35,558 nucleotides of DNA from Candidatus Kaiserbacteria bacterium (lineage in GTDB: Bacteria > Patescibacteriota > Minisyncoccia > Phycocordibacterales > UBA918): positions 1 through 35,558 of the forward strand of contig JANPGF010000038.1 of the NCBI GenBank assembly GCA_031423775.1. The letters are read 5' to 3'. This document shows positions 16,707-25,768 of this stretch, piece by piece. A program made the position numbers and the translations under genes. Position 1 is the first letter of the stretch. Every line of letters begins with the position of its first letter. Below the pieces are notes generated by a model. That model saw nothing but the letters and a program-made list of their open reading frames with translations. It was not told where the DNA came from and made no database searches.

Positions 16707-17411
16707 TTATCCTTTCAGAACCCACTCCTCCAACCCCTCATCAATATCCCTTACTCCCCCATGACCATCATGGTACACTCGTAATAAATTCGCAGAAGTC
16801 GCATCAAGCTCTCCTGGTTTAAATAAAGATACTGCACGTTTTGCCTTATCGTAGGGAAACGATTTCATACCTGCTTCATCCGCAGATTTTGTGAGGGTAG
16901 CTAGGCGGAGTGACTTTAATTGCCACCAAAGCGTCCCCACAATTTCTTCAGCCGACAACCCAGCCCGTTTCGCTTCCTGAAGCAAGACCCAGAGCGATTT
17001 CTTGTCTCTTTTTGATAACGCTTCAGCCATTCGGAACACATCAAAACGTGCAGTTGCCTCGCGTTTTGATTCTTCTAGTACTGCCGTATATTTCTCAAAT
17101 TTCTTCCGCTCAGGCGCAAGCATGGCAGTTTCCATAATCACAAACTGATTTGTTGACTCCCCCATCTCTGCCGCATGACTTACGACCTCTATATAAAATG
17201 CAGCGTCTTCAGACGGTGTATCGAGCACATAAATCTCCCGCTCACCCCAGAGTGAAGCAGCACCGAGCAGGTTCGCAAGCATTCCCTGCGCAAAATCATT
17301 TACCTCAATACGTGTAATTCGAGCGTTTTCTTTGGCAGCCAGTTTGTCCGCCGCAGTAAACGCTCGTTCACGGACAGTGACTGAATCATTCCCATAATAC
17401 AGATGAAGCAT
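16707..17411 (-). CDS. holA: DNA polymerase III delta subunit (compact)
   Basis: MLHLYYGND, SLWGE, DVFRMAEAL and L.WQ C-terminal collar pattern. Confidence 0.75.
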   Translation of the reverse strand: MLHLYYGNDSVTVRERAFTAADKLAAKENARITRIEVNDFAQGMLANLLGAASLWGEREIYVLDTPSEDAAFYIEVVSHAAEMGESTNQFVIMETAMLAPERKKFEKYTAVLEESKREATARFDVFRMAEALSKRDKKSLWVLLQEAKRAGLSAEEIVGTLWWQLKSLRLATLTKSADEAGMKSFPYDKAKRAVSLFKPGELDATSANLLRVYHDGHGGVRDIDEGLEEWVLKG

Positions 17412-17469
17412 ATTGGAATGTATTGTAACAAAGAAAAAGAGTTCTTGGGTAGCGGGAATATGTTTTGAG

Positions 17470-17498
17470 TTGACTAAATATATTTTAATCAGTATTGT
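17470..17498 (+). promoter_or_regulatory. Sigma70-type promoter of the response regulator
   Basis: TTGACT-17 nt-TATTGT, with SD-like AAGGAG 6 nt before the ATG at 17525. Confidence 0.55.
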
Positions 17499-17524
17499 GT
17501 TTTGGAACGAAAAAAGGAGTTCTT

Positions 17525-17926
17525 ATGAAAATCTTAGTGGTTGATGACGACATGCTGATCCGTCTCAATATTGCGGAGGAGCTTAGTGATGCCGGACATG
17601 AAGTACTTGAAGCAGTAGATGGCCGTGCTGCTATTCAGATTTTGCTCAAAAGTGACCATACTTTTGATGCCGTCATCACGGACATGCAAATGCCAGACGG
17701 TAATGGAATTGACGTGTTACAAACCATGCTGCGAGCGAGAAAAGTGTACCCCACCTATGTGCACAGCGCTGCCCCGACATTCCGCTACCCGGGTGGAGAG
17801 ACGCTTACGTTAGCGTCTCATATCCCTAGCACTTTTTCTTTTGCGCACTTCAGCATGAAAAGCGGTCAGATATTGGACAACATTACGGCATTCCTAAACA
17901 GTATCACTAATGCCCAACTCGAATAA
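17525..17926 (+). CDS. Single-domain response regulator (CheY-like receiver)
   Basis: MKILVVDDD, ITDMQMPDGNG (phospho-Asp) and a conserved Lys in FSMK. Confidence 0.9.
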   Translation: MKILVVDDDMLIRLNIAEELSDAGHEVLEAVDGRAAIQILLKSDHTFDAVITDMQMPDGNGIDVLQTMLRARKVYPTYVHSAAPTFRYPGGETLTLASHIPSTFSFAHFSMKSGQILDNITAFLNSITNAQLE

Positions 17927-17930
17927 CCGC

Positions 17931-17960
17931 AAACCCCGAGAACAACAGTTCCCGGGGTTT
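17931..17960. terminator. Bidirectional terminator
   Basis: AAACCCCG-A-GAAC...GTTC-C-CGGGGTTT between convergent genes. Confidence 0.7.
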
Positions 17961-17962
17961 TT

Positions 17963-20353
17963 CTATCTGTCTACGAGAGTCCCCCAATTTGGTCCTACTG
18001 CCACATCAGCCTTGATCGGCACACCACTAGTGTCATACCCTTCAAGCACCCCCTGCATCAATTCGACCAACTTTGGAATCTCGGCTTCGAGCACCTCGTT
18101 TTTAATTTCAAACAATAGTTCGTCGTGCACCTGGAGAAGAATACGGATGCTGTCAGTTTTCTTTTCGGTAGTGATGTAGGTATAGACGTGATTCATAGCA
18201 ACTCGCATTGCATCCGCTGCAGTCCCCTGGACTGGGGCGTTGATGGCCATACGTTCCGCCTGGGCACGAATGAAGGGCGCAGTTGATTGCATCCCGGGGA
18301 AATGACGGCGGCGACCGAAGAGGGTTTCGGTGTAGCCGTGTTTGCGCGCAAAAGCTTTGGTCTCTTCGAGGTATTCAGCCAGGCGGGTAAAGGTATTAAA
18401 GTAGGCATTGAAAAACTCTTGGGCTTCTTCGCGACTCGTTCCCTCCCCGAGATTCCCCCGGAGTGCGTTAACCCCCATGCCGTAGAGGATACCAAAGTTA
18501 ATCACCTTGGCCTTGCGACGCATTTCTCGAGTCACCTCCTCTGGCTTCACCCCAAACACACGTACTGCTACCCCCGTATGAACGTCCTCACCCCGAGCGA
18601 AAATCTCCACCATCTTTTCATCCCGCGACAGTATCGCAGCAATGCGCAGTTCAATCTGAGAGTAGTCGATTGAAACAATCGAATAACCCGGAGTCGCCAC
18701 AAACGCCTGTCGAATAGCTTTACTTTCTTCAGTCCGAATCGGAATATTCTGTAAATTAGGATTCTGAGACGCCATGCGACCAGTTGCCGCACCAGTTTGT
18801 ACAAAGGTAGTTCGGAGCCGACCATCAGGAGAAACTAGTGGCGGCAAGTTATCAATATAGGTTGATACTAGTTTCTGCAGTTCACGGTAGCGTAAAATAT
18901 CAGTAATAATTGGATGATCTTCGCGCATTTTTTCGAGTTCAGACTCTTTGGTTGAACGCTGCCCCCCAGCAGTTTTCTTTTGATTTTTAGGTTTTAACCC
19001 CATTTCATCAAACAACACCTCCCCCATTTGTTTGGGTGAATTGATATTAAATTCTCGGCCGGCATGTTGATAGATTTTCTGTTCAAGCGTTGTGAGTTCT
19101 GCATGCATTGTCTTTGAGAGAGATGCGAGATACGCCGTATCGAGCGTAATACCAGTCGCGTTAATATGCTTGAGTACCTCCATGAGTGGCAATTCGATAG
19201 TTGTATAGACAGATGCCAACCCCGGCTCGGCCATTACTCGCTCTTCGAGCTTCTGAGTAATCTGCGTGAAATCTGCTGTCTCAAAATACGACTGGCCATA
19301 TTCAATAATATCTGCGTAACTAGCATTTGTACGCTCAGACTCGAGAAGCCATAATAAAACAGCGGCTTTAGTAATATCTGCTGGACTCACCCCGCGTTCA
19401 GCTGGATCTATTGGTACATCAGCCGCGAGTGCAAATAATGTTTTGATACGGGCACCAAGGGTCCTGAATCCAAGCTCCCCAAACAGTTTCAAAATCGCAT
19501 CAGTATCAGCCCGTTCCTGCCAGTGTGTTTCGTGCGCTTCAAAGGTAATTGGCGCATCAGTTCTGATAGTGGCAAGCATCTTCGAAAACTGAGCTTCCTC
19601 TTCTCCGTCTTTTAACAAGCCAATGATACGAGCTTTAATACCAGCTGTCAGAAACGCGGTTTCATCTTTCTTTAATTTTTTATAGATATCATCAAGACTC
19701 CCAAATTGGGTAATGAGTTCCGTTGCAGTTTTTTCACCAATACCAACAATACCCGGAATATTGTCTGAGGTGTCCCCCCGTAGACCCTTATAGTCAGGCA
19801 CTAGTTTAGGCGGAAAACCAAATCGGTCTTTGACCGCCTCCTCGTCATAGAGAATTGTATCTTTGATTCCTTTCTTCAGGGTATAGACCTGCACACGCTT
19901 TTTATCGACACACTGGAGTGTATCCATATCACCCGAGGCAATAATCACTGTGAGGTTTTTATCATCACGCGTTTGGTGCGCAATCGTTCCAAGCATATCG
20001 TCTGCTTCAAATCCTGGATGCTGGTAGATCGGAATCCCAAACACCGCAAAAATATCTCGAGACCGCTCGATTTGCGCTATGAGTGCATCATCGGTTTTTG
20101 ACCGGGTACCTTTATAGTCGGCAAATGCTTCGTGCCGATAGGTTGGTTCCGGCAAATCGAAACAGGCAGCAATATAATCTGGTTTAAAATCCTCAATAAT
20201 TTTAAGGAGCATAGCTACCACACCATAGAGAGCACCCGTCGGCTCACCTGTCGGCGACGAGAAATCAGGAAGTGCGTGATAGGCTCGATGCAAAATTGCA
20301 TGGGAGTCGAGGAGAACCAGCGTCTTTCCGTCTGATTTCTTTTTAGTGGCCAT
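17963..20353 (-). CDS. polA: DNA polymerase I
   Basis: 5'-3' exonuclease (RAYHA, EADD, GDTSDNIPG) and polymerase motifs DYSQIELR, KVINFGILYG and QVHDEL. Confidence 0.98.
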   Translation of the reverse strand: MATKKKSDGKTLVLLDSHAILHRAYHALPDFSSPTGEPTGALYGVVAMLLKIIEDFKPDYIAACFDLPEPTYRHEAFADYKGTRSKTDDALIAQIERSRDIFAVFGIPIYQHPGFEADDMLGTIAHQTRDDKNLTVIIASGDMDTLQCVDKKRVQVYTLKKGIKDTILYDEEAVKDRFGFPPKLVPDYKGLRGDTSDNIPGIVGIGEKTATELITQFGSLDDIYKKLKKDETAFLTAGIKARIIGLLKDGEEEAQFSKMLATIRTDAPITFEAHETHWQERADTDAILKLFGELGFRTLGARIKTLFALAADVPIDPAERGVSPADITKAAVLLWLLESERTNASYADIIEYGQSYFETADFTQITQKLEERVMAEPGLASVYTTIELPLMEVLKHINATGITLDTAYLASLSKTMHAELTTLEQKIYQHAGREFNINSPKQMGEVLFDEMGLKPKNQKKTAGGQRSTKESELEKMREDHPIITDILRYRELQKLVSTYIDNLPPLVSPDGRLRTTFVQTGAATGRMASQNPNLQNIPIRTEESKAIRQAFVATPGYSIVSIDYSQIELRIAAILSRDEKMVEIFARGEDVHTGVAVRVFGVKPEEVTREMRRKAKVINFGILYGMGVNALRGNLGEGTSREEAQEFFNAYFNTFTRLAEYLEETKAFARKHGYTETLFGRRRHFPGMQSTAPFIRAQAERMAINAPVQGTAADAMRVAMNHVYTYITTEKKTDSIRILLQVHDELLFEIKNEVLEAEIPKLVELMQGVLEGYDTSGVPIKADVAVGPNWGTLVDR

Positions 20354-20364
20354 AGTATAGTACG

Positions 20365-20823
20365 TTAAGAGTTAATAGTGAGCGTCCGTGTTTCGTCACG
20401 ATTGAGCGTCAGAGTAGTCGCAATAGTGTGCGTTGGTAAAAGTGTCTCGATTCTCTCAGCCCATTCGATACACATCAGTGTCCCAGGTTCTGCAAGGAGA
20501 GTCGAGAATCCAAGTGGTCTCATTTCATCAACATCCTCAATCCGATAAGCATCAATATGCACCAACTGGGAAAATGTATCGTTTTTTGTCTCATATTGTT
20601 TCATGACTACAAAGGTGGGACTGGTTACCATATCGGCTACCCCTAGAACGCGCGCGATGAGTTGGACCAGGGTTGTTTTACCTGCTCCTAAATCACCCGT
20701 AAGTGCGAGCACAACCGCTTCACTTGGAAATTCTTCGGCTACCGTTCGAGCCCGATCAAGGAGTGCCTCGGCTGCTATCGCCAGGTCTGTGGTATCAGTA
20801 ATGTCGTACGTGAGAGTCTCCAT
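20365..20823 (-). CDS. tsaE: t6A biosynthesis ATPase TsaE
   Basis: GDLGAGKTT, VTSPTF, HIDAYR and IEWAE. Start uncertain (20823 or 20835). Confidence 0.95.
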   Translation of the reverse strand: METLTYDITDTTDLAIAAEALLDRARTVAEEFPSEAVVLALTGDLGAGKTTLVQLIARVLGVADMVTSPTFVVMKQYETKNDTFSQLVHIDAYRIEDVDEMRPLGFSTLLAEPGTLMCIEWAERIETLLPTHTIATTLTLNRDETRTLTINS

Positions 20824-20919
20824 AGTTCTGGCCATTGTACCCGATTGCTCACCTCCACGCGAGCATACACCTTTTCTCATTCACCTCGCACACCCTAGTG
20901 ATATACTATGCGGAACACT

Positions 20920-22665
20920 ATGGCTGATTTTAATGATGTAACAACAAATGCTCAAATTGCTGAACTCCGTAAACGGGGTGAGGAAAAACTGATGCAGGCT
21001 CTCGCTCCCCAATATGGACTCCAGTATATTGACCTACGCGGTTTTACCATCAATCCAGAAGCAGTTGGAATGATTAAAGAAGTAGATGCCCGAGCCAACC
21101 ATATCCTCGCGTTCGAACTCAATCGTAAAGCACTGTCCGTAGCGACCAATAAACCAAACGAACCAGTTGCAGAGCGTATTCTGAGTTCGCTCCGCGCTCA
21201 GGGGTACGTTATTCAAATCTATCTCTGCTCAGAAGCTAGCCTCGATCATGGTTATGCTCGCTACGCTGACCAAAAAAGTTCTACCGCCAGTAAAAAAGGT
21301 GTTCTCGATATTAATCCAGAAGACATCATGAAGTCAGCCAAGGTAATTCAGACCGTCGCTGACGTTTCAAAAGCTCTCACTCAAATCAGTACAATCAACA
21401 GCCCTCGTCGAATCTCTGAAACGCTTGAACTCATGTTCGCAGGAGCTCTCGCGCTCAAGGCGTCCGATATTCATATCGAGCCAGAAGTAGCGGGTATCCG
21501 TCTGCGCTACCGTCTCGACGGCGTCCTTCTCGACATATTCGACCTTGATGTGATGTTGTGTGGCCGTATTATTTCCCGACTGAAACTCCTATCAGGAATG
21601 ACTCTCAACCAAAAGAAAGAAGCCCAGGACGGTCGTTTCCAATTCGTGTTCGGCGAACGCGAAATTGAAGTTCGTTCCTCTATTATTCCGGGTGCAAGCG
21701 GTGAATCAATGGTAATGCGTCTCCTTGACCCAGGAGTAGCTAGTTTCAGTATGAGTAAACTCCAACTGAACCCTCTGCTTGAGGCAGTGATGCGTGAACA
21801 ACTCAAGCGACCAAACGGTCTCATTATTACTACCGGCCCAACAGGGTCTGGTAAAACAACCGCACTCTATGCCTTCCTTCGTGAAGTCCACGATTCTGAA
21901 AAGAAAATTATCACCATTGAAAACCCGGTGGAATATAAACTCGATGGCATTGTCCAAACACAAGTCGGTCCTGATTATAGTTTTGAAAGTGGTCTGAGAG
22001 CGATTCTCCGACAGGACCCGGACATCATTATGATTGGAGAAATCCGTGACCGAGAGGTAGCTGAAACAGCTATTCACGCAGCTCAAACGGGACACCTTGT
22101 GTTCTCAACTCTCCACACCAATAGTGCAGTTGGTGGTTTCCCCCGCCTCATAGACCTTGGAGTCGATTCTCGCATCATTGGAAGCTCAATCAACATTATG
22201 CTCGGGCAACGACTTGCTCGAGTTCTCTGCACTGTCTGTCGTGAGCTCTACGAGGCCACCGAACGTGAAGCAACACTGGTAAAAAATATTGCTAAAGATT
22301 ATCCAGAACCAATTGAAATTCCTACTCCTTTGATGTTATATCGGTCTGTCGGCTGTAGTGAGTGTGGTAAAACCGGTTTCAAAGGACGCACGAGTATCTT
22401 TGAAGCAATTGTTATTGATAATGAAGTTGAAGAAGCGGTCATCCGTGACCCGCGTGAACATACGATTCTCCAAGCCGCTAAACATCAGAAGATTCCTACT
22501 CTGGCCCAAGACGGGATTGTAAAAGTACTTTCCGGCCTCACTTCACTCGATGAGCTCGAACGTGTAGTTGACCTCACTAATACCAAAGGTGGTGGTCGAA
22601 ATGAGGAAGTGATTGATCCGGAAGTAAATCCTCCAACAGATGACTTCCTCAGTCATGTAGTCTAG
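20920..22665 (+). CDS. GspE/PilB family type IV pilus assembly ATPase
   Basis: ASDIHIEP, QDGR, GPTGSGKTT, LRQDPDIIMIGEIRD, TGHLVFSTLHTN and CxxC...CxxC zinc motif. Start 20920 or 20908. Confidence 0.95.
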   Translation: MADFNDVTTNAQIAELRKRGEEKLMQALAPQYGLQYIDLRGFTINPEAVGMIKEVDARANHILAFELNRKALSVATNKPNEPVAERILSSLRAQGYVIQIYLCSEASLDHGYARYADQKSSTASKKGVLDINPEDIMKSAKVIQTVADVSKALTQISTINSPRRISETLELMFAGALALKASDIHIEPEVAGIRLRYRLDGVLLDIFDLDVMLCGRIISRLKLLSGMTLNQKKEAQDGRFQFVFGEREIEVRSSIIPGASGESMVMRLLDPGVASFSMSKLQLNPLLEAVMREQLKRPNGLIITTGPTGSGKTTALYAFLREVHDSEKKIITIENPVEYKLDGIVQTQVGPDYSFESGLRAILRQDPDIIMIGEIRDREVAETAIHAAQTGHLVFSTLHTNSAVGGFPRLIDLGVDSRIIGSSINIMLGQRLARVLCTVCRELYEATEREATLVKNIAKDYPEPIEIPTPLMLYRSVGCSECGKTGFKGRTSIFEAIVIDNEVEEAVIRDPREHTILQAAKHQKIPTLAQDGIVKVLSGLTSLDELERVVDLTNTKGGGRNEEVIDPEVNPPTDDFLSHVV

Positions 22666-22667
22666 AC

Positions 22668-22711
22668 AAAAACATCACCCTGTTCACGAATGTGAACAGG
22701 GTGATGTTTTT
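22668..22711. terminator. Intrinsic terminator
   Basis: 20-bp perfect stem AAAAACATCACCCTGTTCAC-GAAT-GTGAACAGGGTGATGTTTTT. Confidence 0.85.
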
Positions 22712-22792
22712 ACTTTATCCGAACGCGGAAACGGATGATGGTCAAGCTGTATTTTATAGTAGCTATGCTATAGTCGAACGCAGTTATAGCAG

Positions 22793-22966
22793 GTGTTCGT
22801 TGATAGGGATGCTCAATTCGAGCGCATAACTCTCTAAGCAAGGCTTCCGCATTGAAAGTGAATACCGCGCTAAGGGGGTCACCCAGCAGTCCGGCTCAAG
22901 GCCGGCGCCACGTGATCCTCGCAACGTATTCAAGTTGCTTAGAGAGTTATACTCTAGAATCGACAC
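22793..22966 (+). ncRNA. Candidate rod-shaped ncRNA (6S-sized; identity unconfirmed)
   Basis: Nested stems: 16-bp perfect 22826-22841/22935-22950, TGAATAC/GTATTCA, GGGGGTCAC/GTGATCCTC (G-U on +) and CCGGC/GCCGG. Upstream TG-C-TATAGT at 22766-22774. Confidence 0.45.
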
Positions 22967-23053
22967 AAAAAATTCCGCCGCAAGGGCGATTCTGTGGTCA
23001 AATATGGTGTGAGAGAGCTGTTGCTCGTGGGGGCTTTCCCCCGAACGTTTACT

Positions 23054-23082
23054 ATCTTAGCATAGTCATTTAGCTTTGTCAA
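23054..23082 (-). promoter_or_regulatory. Near-consensus sigma70 promoter facing a non-coding region
   Basis: Minus strand TTGACA-17 nt-TAAGAT with extended -10 TG. Confidence 0.7.
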
Positions 23083-23137
23083 GCACCCCACTTCTCTGGG
23101 TGCAGGGAGTAGCCTAAATTGCTATACTGTCCCTATT

Positions 23138-24133
23138 ATGACCACCCCACCAACCAAATCAAATATCACTCGTGATGAATCGGGACACCTCGACCAGACC
23201 CTTCGCCCCCAAAGTTGGGAAGAATATGTAGGACAGAGTAAAACTAAGGAAAACCTACGTATTTTACTCACCGCTGCCCGTGAACGAGGGCATGCTGCGG
23301 AGCATATTTTACTCTATGGGCCGCCTGGTTTAGGTAAAACAACGCTCGCTCACCTGATTTCAAAAACCCTTGGAACGAATATGCGCACGACTTCAGGACC
23401 AGCGATTGAGCGGGTCGGGGACCTCGCCGCCATCCTCACCAACCTCTCCCCTGGTGACGTCCTGTTTATTGACGAGATTCACCGCTTATCGAAAAGTATC
23501 GAGGAAGTCCTCTACCCCGCCATGGAATCAGGTGTCCTCGACATCATTATTGGTAAAGGACCGTCCGCCCGTACAGTGCAATTAGAACTCCCTCCGTTTA
23601 CCCTTGTTGCCGCCACCACTCGCATCTCCCTACTCTCAGCACCCTTGCGTAGTCGGTTCTCGGGGGGAACATTCCGACTCGAATTTTATTCAGACAGTGA
23701 GATTGCAGATATTTTACAAAGGTCAGCTGAACTCCTTGCAGTAGCGACTACGCGACCACTCCTTGAGAGTATCGCCATGCGCTGCCGGGCTACACCGCGA
23801 ACGGCCAACTATCTCTTGAAGCGCTGTCGCGACCTCGCACAACTCGAAAAAGGGAGTATCACGAGCGACATTGTCGACCGTACATTTGCGCTCCTCGGTG
23901 TCGACAACCTCGGTCTCGGGTCGCCAGACCGAGCCGTCCTTGAAGCCATTATCCACAAATTCAACGGTGGACCAGTAGGATTAAATACGATAGCCGCTGC
24001 AACTGGTGAAGAACAGTCAACTATTGAAGATGTGATAGAGCCCTACCTCATCCGCCAAGGCCTCCTCGAGCGGACACCTCGCGGTAGAATCGCCAGTGCT
24101 CTGGCGTACAGTCATTTAGAAAAAATTTCATAA
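23138..24133 (+). CDS. ruvB: Holliday junction branch migration helicase RuvB
   Basis: LRP...[27 protein letters not shown] and RTPRGR. Confidence 0.98.
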   Translation: MTTPPTKSNITRDESGHLDQTLRPQSWEEYVGQSKTKENLRILLTAARERGHAAEHILLYGPPGLGKTTLAHLISKTLGTNMRTTSGPAIERVGDLAAILTNLSPGDVLFIDEIHRLSKSIEEVLYPAMESGVLDIIIGKGPSARTVQLELPPFTLVAATTRISLLSAPLRSRFSGGTFRLEFYSDSEIADILQRSAELLAVATTRPLLESIAMRCRATPRTANYLLKRCRDLAQLEKGSITSDIVDRTFALLGVDNLGLGSPDRAVLEAIIHKFNGGPVGLNTIAAATGEEQSTIEDVIEPYLIRQGLLERTPRGRIASALAYSHLEKIS

Positions 24134-24143
24134 ATTATAAAAT

Positions 24144-24695
24144 ATGAGTGGACATAATAAATGGTCAAAAATTAAACATAAGAAAGCCGCAACAGACGGG
24201 CAAAGGAGTAAAATCTTTTCCAAGCACTCAATCCTCATCGCCATGGAATCTCGAAAAGCGGGTGGGAACCTGGCTTCTCCTGGACTAGCTGCTGTTATCA
24301 CTCGGGCTAAAGCCGATTCCATGCCTAAAGATAATATCGACCGGGCGGTCGCAAAAGGAGCTGGGGCAACCGGTGCAGCTCTCCAAGAAATTATGTACGA
24401 AGCCTTTGGTCCAGGTGGCACCGCAATTTTAATTACAACAGTCACCGACAATAACAACCGCACTGCGCCCGAAATTCGTAACATCTTTACCAAAGCCGGC
24501 CTCGCGCTCGGTGGACCCGGGAGCGCGAGTTGGGCTTTTACCAAAACAACCGATGGATACGTGCCACAAAACCCCGTAGAACTCTCGGACGAAGACGGCG
24601 AGAAGTTGGCCGATCTCATTGAAAAATTGGAAGACCAGGACGACGTACAGGAAGTATTCACGACAGCTGACAGCCCTGAGGAAGAAACCGAATAA
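24144..24695 (+). CDS. yebC: YebC/PmpR family protein (short form)
   Basis: MSGHNKWSKIKHKK, MPKDNIDRA, YEAFGPGG, TDNNNRT and DDVQEVF. Confidence 0.95.
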   Translation: MSGHNKWSKIKHKKAATDGQRSKIFSKHSILIAMESRKAGGNLASPGLAAVITRAKADSMPKDNIDRAVAKGAGATGAALQEIMYEAFGPGGTAILITTVTDNNNRTAPEIRNIFTKAGLALGGPGSASWAFTKTTDGYVPQNPVELSDEDGEKLADLIEKLEDQDDVQEVFTTADSPEEETE

Positions 24696-24698
24696 TGT

Positions 24699-24719
24699 AA
24701 AGCGCCTATCAGGCGCTTT
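24699..24719 (+). terminator. Intrinsic terminator
   Basis: AAAGCGCCT-ATC-AGGCGCTTT followed by a T-run. Confidence 0.65.
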
Positions 24720-24748
24720 TTATTTTATAATGGTAAACTAGTTCCATT

Positions 24749-25225
24749 ATGAAAGTTTTGGCCATAGACCCAGGTTACGACAGATTAGGTGTGGCTATTA
24801 TGACTTACCAGAATGGAAAAGAGTTCCTGCATTATTCCACCTGTGTCATGACCGATAAAAAATCCGCTCTTTCTGATCGTCTCGTTACTGTTGGCGATAC
24901 GATATCGGCACTCATTACAGAATACGCCCCCGACACAATCGCAATTGAAACCTTATTTTTTAATAAAAATATCACGACCGCCATCGGCGTGGCCCAGGCG
25001 CGCGGCATTATCATTTACCTCGCAAAAACTGCTGGCTGTACTCTCTATGAATTTGGCCCACAAGAAATAAAGGTCGCAGTGACCGGCTACGGAAATAGCG
25101 ATAAGCGGGCGGTCTATGACATGGTAACGAGATTAGTACCCAATGTACCCGCAAAAGCCCATGACGACGAATATGACGCGATAGCCGTAGGTATAACATG
25201 CCTTGCTCAGCACGGACGAAACTAG
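24749..25225 (+). CDS. ruvC: Crossover junction endodeoxyribonuclease RuvC
   Basis: LAIDPG, IETLFFNKN, QARG, K.AVTGYG...K and DD..DAIAV. Confidence 0.97.
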   Translation: MKVLAIDPGYDRLGVAIMTYQNGKEFLHYSTCVMTDKKSALSDRLVTVGDTISALITEYAPDTIAIETLFFNKNITTAIGVAQARGIIIYLAKTAGCTLYEFGPQEIKVAVTGYGNSDKRAVYDMVTRLVPNVPAKAHDDEYDAIAVGITCLAQHGRN

Positions 25226-25235
25226 TACTATCACC

Positions 25236-25353
25236 GGGCGCATATACACCGCGCATTCCGTTGTTGCCGGGCGTAAAATAAAACTCAACGTACACAAGTA
25301 CGTTTCGTTCAATTTTACTTCGGCGCCTAGGATTGCACTATGTCTCTGTGCCC
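25236..25353. repeat. Nested-hairpin intergenic element
   Basis: GGGCGCA/TGTGCCC, GTAAAAT/ATTTTAC and AACGTAC-ACAA-GTACGTT. Confidence 0.55.
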
Positions 25354-25436
25354 TACATATCGAAAACGATGACACTACGGGGAGGGGTTGCAAATTTTCT
25401 CTGCCTTTGTTACAACATTACCTATAAGAAAAATGT

Positions 25437-25718
25437 ATGATCAATAATTTTGTTAGCCACAACGATGACGAAGAGGTGGAGGAGCCGGATGAAATGAGTG
25501 ATGATGAAGCAACCTTGGCTGATGATTTACTTGATGAAGTAGTCGGCGGTGAAATCGAAGAGGAAGATGACACACTCGAAGGTTTCGGAATCCTTCCAAC
25601 TAAAGAGGAAGATGACGACGAAGAAGAGAAGGATGAAGATGAGGAGGGTGATGAATCACTCGAAGAAGACGCAGAAGATGTTGAGTTTGACACCTTTGAC
25701 GACGTAGACGAGCTTTAA
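25437..25718 (+). CDS. Highly acidic small protein
   Basis: 93 aa with 48 Asp/Glu by hand count. Ends directly at a terminator. Confidence 0.75.
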   Translation: MINNFVSHNDDEEVEEPDEMSDDEATLADDLLDEVVGGEIEEEDDTLEGFGILPTKEEDDDEEEKDEDEEGDESLEEDAEDVEFDTFDDVDEL

Positions 25719-25756
25719 AAACAAAAACACTGGTCTCAAGACCAGTGTTTTTGTTT
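25719..25756. terminator. Bidirectional terminator
   Basis: AAACAAAAACACTGGTCT-CA-AGACCAGTGTTTTTGTTT. Confidence 0.8.
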
Positions 25757-25768
25757 AACAAAAAATGG

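Noticed and set aside
22770-23050. RNase P RNA, tmRNA or SRP RNA
   Set aside because: Their signature motifs were not seen on either strand.
22784-23073. Short ORFs 22784-22966(-) and 22852-23073(+)
   Set aside because: They have no recognisable motifs and overlap a strongly base-paired region better explained as RNA structure.
5863-25225. Separation of ruvA from ruvB/ruvC
   Set aside because: Split ruv loci and yebC-ruvC linkage are common, so this is not novel.
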